A DNA stretch of 64,000 bases from assembly GCA_038214755.1 (NCBI GenBank), contig JBBQRQ010000011.1, positions 1-64,000 of the forward strand. The letters are read 5' to 3'. Both the position numbers and the translations under genes were made by a program. Source of the DNA: Verrucomicrobiota bacterium. GTDB taxonomy: Bacteria > Verrucomicrobiota > Verrucomicrobiia > Limisphaerales > CANJXF01. Below the pieces are notes generated by a model. It did not search any database. It was not told the DNA's origin and saw only the letters and a list, made by a program, of their open reading frames with translations. Shown here one piece after another: positions 7,724-15,376 of the stretch (position 1 is its first letter; every line of letters starts with the position of its first letter).

Positions 7724-9574
7724 ATGCCAGCGGGCCGGAGCGCCGGGTTGCCACCGGCTTTGGAGATCGAACCAGGAAAAGCCGGTGGCAAACCGGCGCT
7801 CCGCGTTTGGCGCGTGCTGTTGCGGGCCGCCGCTTTTTACCTGGCCGCTTCGTGTCTGTCCGTCGGAGCCAAAGGCGCTGAGTTGCCCAAAGCTTCCGCA
7901 CCCGCAGTCGTGATTCACAGTGTCCTGGTGGACGGCCAGGATCAGAAGTTCTCCGCCGAGGCTCCAACTCAGACTGAAGTTCGGAGCGAAATTGTTTCAA
8001 GTCGCAGCGCGAAGTCTGAACGGCTTCAAATCTCTTCTGCTGCCCAACGGTTGGAATTCAAGTTCGGTCCCGCTACCACCTCGTCTAATCCGCCGGTGCG
8101 ATTTCGCTATCAACTCGAGGGAATTGACAAAGATTGGCGCGAGGCAGGCGGCGAGATGCGTCTGACTATAAAATTTCTCGACTCAGCCAACAACACGGCT
8201 GGCGCGGTGGATTTCGTGGCCCGAGGCGAAAGTCCAGGTTGGGCGGGCAATGTCGCCGATTCCAGGTTGGTCCATCGTCGGGAGCAGATCACTGTGCCGC
8301 CGCGCGCGGCCTCGATGCAAATCGAACTCTTCTCCGGTGGCGACGAGCAAACCACCGGCATCATGGCCATTGATGATCTCTCCGTTTCTTTCGCGGGTGG
8401 GACCAACGCGAAACCTGAAGTCCCCGTGTTCAGTTCTCGCCATACCGGAAATAAAGACCTCGACCCTTCATTGGGAGTTCCACGCAATTGGATGCGGGAT
8501 GGCTCCAAACCGACCATTGCCCAGATGCGGCAGTTAGATGACAGAGAACCGCGACACGTTTTGGCCGTCGTGGATACTGACTCTACAAGATGGGGTGCCT
8601 GGCGGACGGACCAGAATTCGTCTGTCCCAGTCAACCCAGGGGATTCGCTCGTCTTGCTCTGGAACGAAATGTACAGCATCGGCTGGGGTGGCGCGCGCGA
8701 GGTCAGCTATAGTTATCTGCCAGCCGGTGAATATCATTTCCGGGTCAGAGCCGTCACGGAAACTGGCGAGTGGACGAATGAAATGACCTCCTTGGCGATC
8801 ACGGTGTTGCCGCCCTTCTGGAAGACAAGTTGGTTTTTGGCTGGAACCCTGGCTCTCGCGGTCGTGGCGCTGGTTGCTGGCGTCCGTTACGCGACGTGGC
8901 GCAAGATGCAATCGCAAGTTGAAATACTGGAAGGGCGACATGCCATCGAACAAGAGCGGGCGCGCATCGCTCGCGACCTGCATGATGATCTCGGGGCGAG
9001 TCTGACGCAAATTGCGTTGCTCAGTGAATTGGCTAAAGCTGACCTCGCCCAGCCGGATTTGGCGAAGACTCATCTGAACCAGATTTTCACTACGGTGGGG
9101 GAGTTGGCGCGGCAGTTGAATGAAATCGTGTGGGCCGTCAATCCGGCGAACGACACGCTGGAACATTTCACCAGTCACATTTGCAAGTTCGCCCAGGATT
9201 ATCTGAGTGCGGCCGGGATTCGTTGTCGGCTGGATTTCCCGGAATCCGTGTCGTGTTATCCCATGCCCTCCCTCGAGCGGCACAACCTTTTCCTCGCGGC
9301 CAAAGAGGCCCTGCATAACATCGTCAAACATGCGGAAGCGGAACAGGTTTGGCTCCGCTTGAAACTCGAACCAGATGTGTTGTCGTTGTTAATTGAAGAT
9401 GACGGAAAAGGCTGGGACGCAGAAATAATTACGGGGCCATCTAACGGCGTGGCGGGGGATGGATTGTCCAACATGCGGAAGCGCATGGAGCAACTCGGTG
9501 GTCGCTTCGCGCAACAGAGCAAATCCGGTAGCGGGACGACCGTGCGGCTGGTCTTGCCGCTTAGGAAATCATGA
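7724..9574 (+). CDS. Membrane sensor histidine kinase (Y_Y_Y domain with inserted CBM-like domain, one TM helix, HisKA_3, HATPase); start uncertain (7661 GTG, 7724 ATG or 7814 GTG)
   Basis: FRYQLEGIDKDW...YSYLPAGEYHFRV; PPFWKTSWF TM; ERARIARDLHDDLG; EALHNIVKHA, IEDDGKG, GDGLSNM. Confidence 0.9.
   Translation: MPAGRSAGLPPALEIEPGKAGGKPALRVWRVLLRAAAFYLAASCLSVGAKGAELPKASAPAVVIHSVLVDGQDQKFSAEAPTQTEVRSEIVSSRSAKSERLQISSAAQRLEFKFGPATTSSNPPVRFRYQLEGIDKDWREAGGEMRLTIKFLDSANNTAGAVDFVARGESPGWAGNVADSRLVHRREQITVPPRAASMQIELFSGGDEQTTGIMAIDDLSVSFAGGTNAKPEVPVFSSRHTGNKDLDPSLGVPRNWMRDGSKPTIAQMRQLDDREPRHVLAVVDTDSTRWGAWRTDQNSSVPVNPGDSLVLLWNEMYSIGWGGAREVSYSYLPAGEYHFRVRAVTETGEWTNEMTSLAITVLPPFWKTSWFLAGTLALAVVALVAGVRYATWRKMQSQVEILEGRHAIEQERARIARDLHDDLGASLTQIALLSELAKADLAQPDLAKTHLNQIFTTVGELARQLNEIVWAVNPANDTLEHFTSHICKFAQDYLSAAGIRCRLDFPESVSCYPMPSLERHNLFLAAKEALHNIVKHAEAEQVWLRLKLEPDVLSLLIEDDGKGWDAEIITGPSNGVAGDGLSNMRKRMEQLGGRFAQQSKSGSGTTVRLVLPLRKS
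7736..7803. repeat. REP-like palindrome (GGAG foot) at the kinase 5' end
   Basis: CGGAGCGCCGGGTTGCCACCGGCTTT / AAAGCCGGTGGCAAACCGGCGCTCCG. Confidence 0.8.
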
Positions 9575-9580
9575 AGACGA

Positions 9581-9749
9581 AAATCCGAAATCCGAATCCC
9601 CGAAATCCGAAAGAAGTCCGAAATCCGAAGGCCGAATATGACTTCCACCTCTCCCATGGAAATGGGCTTCCGGGACCGCGTCTCTCCACGGTCGCTTCGG
9701 CTTCGGACTTCGGATTTCTTTCGGATTTCGGATTTCGGACTTCGGATTT
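9581..9749. repeat. Heptamer-array inverted-repeat element between kinase and regulator
   Basis: (AAATCCG)n...AAAGAAGTCCGAAATCCGAAGGCCGAA, spacer, TTCGGACTTCGGATTTCTTTCGGATTTCGGATTTCGG. Confidence 0.85.
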
Positions 9750-9752
9750 GTC

Positions 9753-9842
9753 TCAGAGCGTGTCTAAGAAACGTAGCCTCCGACGTGAGGAGGCGGATTT
9801 CTCCAATCTCCGTTATATCCGCTTCCCTACGTCAGCGGCTAC
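9753..9842. mobile_element. One-ended IS1031-like MITE (TCA|GAGCGTGTCTAAGAAAC) abutting a GTAG REPIN
   Basis: End matches the TIRs at 18049 and 49662; followed by GTAGCCTCCGACGTGAGGAGGCGGA...TCCGCTTCCCTACGTCAGCGGCTAC. Confidence 0.6.
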
Positions 9843-9865
9843 TATGATTTTACTAATCGACTCCC

Positions 9866-10510
9866 ATGACAAAAATTGATGACACTCTAATTACCGTAGC
9901 GATTGTTGAAGACGATGCCCAGGTACGACAAAGCCTTGCAGACATTCTCAAGCGCGGCCCGGGTGTGGTTTGCGTCGGCGAGCATGGCAACGCGGAGGAG
10001 GCCTTGCGCGAAATCCCGCGCGTGCAACCCAAGGTGGTGTTGATGGACATCAACCTGCCCGGCATGGACGGTGTTCATTGCGTGAGGCGGCTGAGCGAGT
10101 TGGCCCCGAAAACACAGGTGGTCATGCTCACCGTCTATGACAACACTGACACTATTTTCAACTCGCTGGCGGCTGGCGCCAGCGGCTATTTGCTCAAGCC
10201 CATCAGTTCCGCACAACTCCTCTCGGCGGTCAAGGACGTGTATGCCGGTGGCGCTCCGATGACGAGCAACATTGCACGAAAAGTAGTGCAAGTGTTCAAG
10301 CAACCTGCGCCCTCCACCGGTGAAACGGAAAACCTTTCGCCGCGTGAGCAGGAGGTGCTGGATTTTCTGGCCAAAGGCTATCTCTACAAGGAAATCGCCG
10401 AGCAACTCAACATCAGCTATGGCACGGTTCACACCTATATCGAGCGAATTTTCAAAAAGTTGCATGTTCGCTCGCGCGCGCAAGCCGTGGCAAAATATCT
10501 CGGCGCGTAA
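9866..10510 (+). CDS. NarL/FixJ-family response regulator (REC plus LuxR HTH)
   Basis: IVEDD, LMDINLPGMDG, GYLLK, LSPREQEVL...KEIAEQLNISYGTVHTY. Confidence 0.95.
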   Translation: MTKIDDTLITVAIVEDDAQVRQSLADILKRGPGVVCVGEHGNAEEALREIPRVQPKVVLMDINLPGMDGVHCVRRLSELAPKTQVVMLTVYDNTDTIFNSLAAGASGYLLKPISSAQLLSAVKDVYAGGAPMTSNIARKVVQVFKQPAPSTGETENLSPREQEVLDFLAKGYLYKEIAEQLNISYGTVHTYIERIFKKLHVRSRAQAVAKYLGA

Positions 10511-10605
10511 CGCGGCCCCGCTCTAGGCGGAATTAGATCAACGGTGCTGACTTTTAACGGTAGCGAAAGAGTCTCCTCGACGTGCCTATCCGCGCGTCCG
10601 GTCTT

Positions 10606-10623
10606 GTCGGCAGAATTGCCGAC
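10606..10623. promoter_or_regulatory. Candidate operator GTCGGCA-N4-TGCCGAC upstream of a TATAAC -10 (10654-10659)
   Basis: Perfect 7-4-7 inverted repeat between the regulator and the PEP-CTERM gene; no clear -35. Confidence 0.4.
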
Positions 10624-10719
10624 TCGTATGAATCCGGCAACTGTTTAGGGTTCTATAACTGTCAGCTAACGCACAAACGACTTAGCTGCTGACACATTCA
10701 ACCCAAACCAAAAAACTTA

Positions 10720-11412
10720 ATGAAAACCAATCAACCTATAACAACCAGGCTATTGCCCATAACTCTCGCTCTGTTTTTCGTTTCCGCTTCGCTGCGGGCC
10801 GATGTCACTCCCGGCAATTTCTGGGTCAATCCAACCTTTGAAACCGGCGTCAACCCCGGCCTGACGACTGGCACGCCCACTAACTGGAACCGCGGCGGCG
10901 CTGACGGGAGCATCCTTCAGTGGGTCACGGCAAAATCGGTGAGCCCCACGCACTCGCTGGCCGTGATCAAACCCGTCGCCGGGGCCTTCGGCGAATGGTA
11001 TTCCGACGTCTCCATCGTCGGCCTGGCTGGCTTCGGCAACACGGTCAGCTTGCACTGGCACGAGATGTACGGCATCACCAACGGTGAGATGCGCGTGACG
11101 GTGCGGTTCTTGGATGGCGGCGGCAACGGGCCCGACAACCATTTCGTCGTGACAGGCAATAGCGCCGGTTGGGCCGGCACCGTGGGGAGTTCGACGTTCT
11201 CGGTGCGGAATGTACCATTGCTGGTAAACCAGCCGGGCGCGGTGACGATGCGCATCCAATTGGTATCCGGCGGTGGAGATACCACGATCGGCAGCTATCT
11301 CATCGATGATCTCTCCGTCGTCGCCGTACCAGAACCTTCCACCATCGCGCTGCTAGCCGTAGGCGGATTGGTCGGAGTAAGTGCGTTGCGCCGCCGCAAG
11401 ATCGCGCGTTAA
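10720..11412 (+). CDS. PEP-CTERM surface protein with one CBM-like jelly-roll domain
   Basis: Signal peptide; GNFWVNPTFE...IDDLSV; VPEPSTIALLAVGGLVGVSALRRRK. Confidence 0.9.
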   Translation: MKTNQPITTRLLPITLALFFVSASLRADVTPGNFWVNPTFETGVNPGLTTGTPTNWNRGGADGSILQWVTAKSVSPTHSLAVIKPVAGAFGEWYSDVSIVGLAGFGNTVSLHWHEMYGITNGEMRVTVRFLDGGGNGPDNHFVVTGNSAGWAGTVGSSTFSVRNVPLLVNQPGAVTMRIQLVSGGGDTTIGSYLIDDLSVVAVPEPSTIALLAVGGLVGVSALRRRKIAR

Positions 11413-11638
11413 ATGGCAGGCCAGTCCCGCGCGCGCCGCAGTCCGCCTGGCTCGGTGCGCGAACGCCAAACGATGTCACAAAAATGAGTCTCGCTTTTGG
11501 GGCAGGCATTCAGTCGCCTCAGAACTCCTGATCCCGTGCGAAGTCGGCAACCGTTTACGTTTTTCGCAGAACACTGTGGCTAACCATTCGGCTCCGACGC
11601 TGGACGAACTGCCATCGTCAACCATCAAGAGAATTAAT

Positions 11639-14125
11639 ATGAATGTCCGAGTCCCGCTGTTTTTTATAACGGCGCTGTTAATAGTGACCAGTCCAGCCCG
11701 CGCTGACTTGCTGCCCAACAATTTCTGGGTGAATCCAACTTTCGAGAGCGGCACCAACCTCAACCAAACAACGGGCACACCCTCAAACTGGACTCGTGAT
11801 GGCGGTGACACCACCATCTGTCAGGTGATCACCAACAACTCTGTCAGTTCAAGTCATTCGTTGGCAGTCATAGACACCACTGGTAGCTTCGGCGAGTGGC
11901 GCTCCGACGTCACTCTCAGCGGCAACGCCACCAACGGCGACGCGTTGAATATCCAGTGGTATGAAATGTATAACCTCAGCGCCCCCGAGATGCGCCTAAC
12001 CGTGCAGTTCTTTAACGCCACCACCAACGTCGTCGGAGAAACCCACTTTACCACCTCCGGCACGAGTAGCGCCGGATGGGTGAGCACCATCGCGAATTCG
12101 ACGTTTACGAAGCGGAATGCGGCGTTGGTGGTGCCGGCCGGCGCGGTGAGGATGCGCTGTGCCCTGGTCTCCGGCGGAGACCCAGCCATTACCGGTGTAA
12201 TGGTCATTGATGATTTATCGGTGGCCCGCGTTAACTTGTTGCCCGGCAATTTCTGGGTGAACTCGGCTTTCGAGAGCGGCACTAACCTCAACCAGACTAA
12301 CGGCACACCCGCAAATTGGACACGCGACGGCGGTGACACGAATATCTGTCAGGTGACCACCAATAACTCCGTGAGCTCGAGCCATTCGTTAGCCGTCATA
12401 GATAATAATGCTAACACTATTACCGGTTACGGCGAGTGGCGCTCCGATGTCAACCTCATCGGCAATGCCAGTCCCGGCGACACATTGGATATCCAGTGGT
12501 TTCAAATGTATAACATGAACTTTCCCAGTATGCGCCTAACCGTGCAGTTCTTTAACGCCAGCAGCAACGGCGTCGGAACAACCGACTTTACCACCGGCAC
12601 GAATACAAGTAGTGCCGGATGGGTGAGCACCATCGCGAATTCGACGTTTACGAAGCGGAATGGGGTGTTGTTGGTGCCGGTCGGCGCGGTGAGGATGCGC
12701 TGTTCCCTGGTCTCCGGCGGTTTCCCAGGCATCACCGGTGTAATGGTCATTGACGACTTATCCGTGGCGCGCGTGCCGGTACCAGGTAATTTCTGGGTGA
12801 ACTCGAGTTTCGAGCTCGGCACTGACCTCGACCAGACCAACGGCACACCCGCAAATTGGACTCGCGGCGGTGGTGACGTGACTATCGATCAGGTGACTAC
12901 CAGCAACTCTGTTAGCTTGAGTCATTCGTTAGCCGTCATAGATAACAATACAGACGTTGATCTCGGTTACGGCGAGTGGTACTCCGACGTCACTCTCATC
13001 GGCAACGCCACAAACGGCCAAGCGTTGAATATCCAGTGGTATGAAATGTATAACGTGAGCGTCGGTACCCAACATGAGATGCGCTTGACCGCGCAGTTCT
13101 TTAACGCCGCCAACGACCTCGTCGGAGAAACCCACTTTGTCACCGTCGGCACGAGTAGCGCCGGATGGGTGAGCACCATTGCGGATTCGACGTTCACGAA
13201 GCGGAATGGGACGTTGTTCGTGCCGGTTGGCGCGGTGAGGATGCGCTGTTCCCTGGTCTCCGGCGGCTCCGGAGCTCCCACCGGGGTAATGGTCATCGAC
13301 GACCTGACGGTAGCCCTCAATTCAGCAACGCCAGTAATACCTCCGACCGTCCTGGCAGGTAACTTTTTCCCGAACCCGACGTTTGAGGTGGGATCTCAGT
13401 TGGACGATCCCGCAGCCGCATCTGAGTCGGGTTGGACGCGCGGCGGCAATGATGCCACGATGGATCAGGTCACCACGAGTAACTCCGTCAGCCCCACGCA
13501 CTCGCTGTCCCTCGTGGATAATTCCTTGAGTTACGGCGAATGGTATCAGTACCTCACCCTGTCCGGCGTGGCGGCGGGCGACGTGCTCGACGTGCAATTC
13601 TTCCGAATCTACAGCACGACAAACGGTCCTATGCGTTTGACCTTCGGATTCCGCACTGCCGGGGGCGCTAGCTTTGGGCCGCAATACGATTTCCTCGGGG
13701 GTGACCCTTTCGGTGGCCAAAGCCCGGGCTGGCTGGGCAGCGTCGCCGCATCGCCCTTCGAGCGGGTTTCGGGCCGCTTCCTCGTGCCCGCGGGCACCGG
13801 GCAACTCTCGGTTAAATTCGCCTCCGGCGGTGCCGGGGATGTAATGGGGACGATGGTCATTGACGACCTGTCCGTGCGAATCAGCAGGCCGGTCATCACG
13901 GAGATTGCGTCCCAGGTCGGCGGCAAGAACCTCACGTGGTTAAGCATGCCCAGCAAGACCTATACGGTGCAGTTCGCCGCCACGCTCTTGAACACGAATA
14001 CGGTCTGGACGTCGCTCGCCACAAACCTGGTTTCGGGCGGTGGGACGAACGGTCTCTCGACGTCGTATTTGGACACGGCCACCCATGCTGGCAACACCGG
14101 CTTCTATCGTGTCATACAGGAGTAA
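11639..14125 (+). CDS. Secreted protein with four tandem ~175-190-aa CBM-like repeats and a C-terminal FYR domain
   Basis: ATG 11639 (MNVRVPLFFITALLIVTSPARA signal peptide); repeats start near 11717, 12245, 12785 and 13358, each from NFWVN/NFFPN to MVIDDL; ends GFYRVIQE. Confidence 0.85.
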   Translation: MNVRVPLFFITALLIVTSPARADLLPNNFWVNPTFESGTNLNQTTGTPSNWTRDGGDTTICQVITNNSVSSSHSLAVIDTTGSFGEWRSDVTLSGNATNGDALNIQWYEMYNLSAPEMRLTVQFFNATTNVVGETHFTTSGTSSAGWVSTIANSTFTKRNAALVVPAGAVRMRCALVSGGDPAITGVMVIDDLSVARVNLLPGNFWVNSAFESGTNLNQTNGTPANWTRDGGDTNICQVTTNNSVSSSHSLAVIDNNANTITGYGEWRSDVNLIGNASPGDTLDIQWFQMYNMNFPSMRLTVQFFNASSNGVGTTDFTTGTNTSSAGWVSTIANSTFTKRNGVLLVPVGAVRMRCSLVSGGFPGITGVMVIDDLSVARVPVPGNFWVNSSFELGTDLDQTNGTPANWTRGGGDVTIDQVTTSNSVSLSHSLAVIDNNTDVDLGYGEWYSDVTLIGNATNGQALNIQWYEMYNVSVGTQHEMRLTAQFFNAANDLVGETHFVTVGTSSAGWVSTIADSTFTKRNGTLFVPVGAVRMRCSLVSGGSGAPTGVMVIDDLTVALNSATPVIPPTVLAGNFFPNPTFEVGSQLDDPAAASESGWTRGGNDATMDQVTTSNSVSPTHSLSLVDNSLSYGEWYQYLTLSGVAAGDVLDVQFFRIYSTTNGPMRLTFGFRTAGGASFGPQYDFLGGDPFGGQSPGWLGSVAASPFERVSGRFLVPAGTGQLSVKFASGGAGDVMGTMVIDDLSVRISRPVITEIASQVGGKNLTWLSMPSKTYTVQFAATLLNTNTVWTSLATNLVSGGGTNGLSTSYLDTATHAGNTGFYRVIQE

Positions 14126-14227
14126 CGGCAGAAGCGCACAATTTTTTCCGGCGATGAGAACGCACAGACGTTAGGGTTTGCTTGCACCCAACCAGTCCTT
14201 GCCAGTCGCGAGTCCGTGAAGTAGTCT

Positions 14228-15112
14228 ATGAACATCCTGATGCAGAAACAAAAATACCGCAGCGAGAAACTTCCGTCGAAGGGTTCAGCTTTTACGCTGA
14301 TTGAACTCCTGGTCGTCATTGCCATTATCGCCATCCTGGCTGGCCTGCTCCTGCCTGCCCTAAGCAAGGCCAAGGTAAGAGCACAGGCGGCTCAGTGCTT
14401 GAGCAACACCAAGCAATTGATGCTGGGCTGGATCATGTACTCCGGCGACAACCAGGATCGGGTCGCCAATAACTTCGGGGTGACGGAGACGATTGCTGAA
14501 GTCACCGGCGGCACCTACCGGAATTGGGTCAACAACGTGATGAGTTGGACCACCGACAGCATGAACACCAATACTCTCCTGATCAAGAACGGCATTCTGT
14601 CCCCTTACGTCGGCGGCAATCTCGGCGTTTACAAGTGTCCGGCAGACAATTTCCTCAGCGCTCCCCAGCGGGCAAGCCGGTTCACCTCCCGCACACGGAG
14701 CCTGTCCATGAACGCTTTTTTCGGCCCGTTTAACAGCAATCCCAATGGCGCCTGGGCACAAGGTCGCAACGCTTTTGCGACTGATTGGCGTCAATGGCTC
14801 AAGCTGACGTTAGTCCCAAAACCTTCCAACTTCTTTGTCGTCATTGATGAACATGCTGACGGCATCAACGACGGTTATTACTTGAATAATCCGGATCCAA
14901 ATGCCACCAGCAAGTGGGGGGATGCTCCAGCTTCCTATCATGGCGGCGCCTGCGGGATTTCCTTTGCGGATGGACATTCTGAAATTCACAAATGGAGAAG
15001 CGTCACCACGAAATTTCCTGTCACCACCACCAGTTACAACCCACCTAACTTCGATACATTGGGTCGTCAGGATTACCGTTGGCTCGTGGAACGCACTGCC
15101 GTGAAGTATTAG
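14228..15112 (+). CDS. Prepilin-type N-terminal cleavage/methylation protein with H-X9-DG C-terminal motif (DUF1559-like)
   Basis: [44 protein letters not shown]. Confidence 0.9.
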   Translation: MNILMQKQKYRSEKLPSKGSAFTLIELLVVIAIIAILAGLLLPALSKAKVRAQAAQCLSNTKQLMLGWIMYSGDNQDRVANNFGVTETIAEVTGGTYRNWVNNVMSWTTDSMNTNTLLIKNGILSPYVGGNLGVYKCPADNFLSAPQRASRFTSRTRSLSMNAFFGPFNSNPNGAWAQGRNAFATDWRQWLKLTLVPKPSNFFVVIDEHADGINDGYYLNNPDPNATSKWGDAPASYHGGACGISFADGHSEIHKWRSVTTKFPVTTTSYNPPNFDTLGRQDYRWLVERTAVKY

Positions 15113-15376
15113 GCAACCAGACACGTCGGGGGAGTTCCAAATTTATTGTTCCTCTCGCGAGTCGAAATACAAACGAGGCTATCGGTTTCTTATGAGTTTT
15201 CTGTCAGATCCACGGGAAGGTAGCGGAAAGACCAACCAGTCGAATCAGGTCCAAACTTCATTATTTGACAACATGTCGATCTCGGACAGTGATTGACAAT
15301 ACAACTTAGTATGGGATGCTTTTAAGCACCTCCGCGCGGCTGAAAGGCATGTGGAAGTCAGGAAACTTATTCACCT

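Noticed and set aside
9571..9879. ORFs with KIRNPK / SDFGFR peptides here and at 7115, 19720, 32075, 33751 and 36967
   Set aside because: They are translations of intergenic heptamer arrays with no other domain
11381..11638. 86-codon N-terminal extension of the four-repeat protein
   Set aside because: It overlaps the upstream gene end, and a clean signal peptide begins at ATG 11639
11717..13320. Near-identical repeats as a diversity-generating retroelement template/variable pair
   Set aside because: All copies are in-frame domains of one gene, the differences include indels and non-adenine changes, and no reverse transcriptase is present
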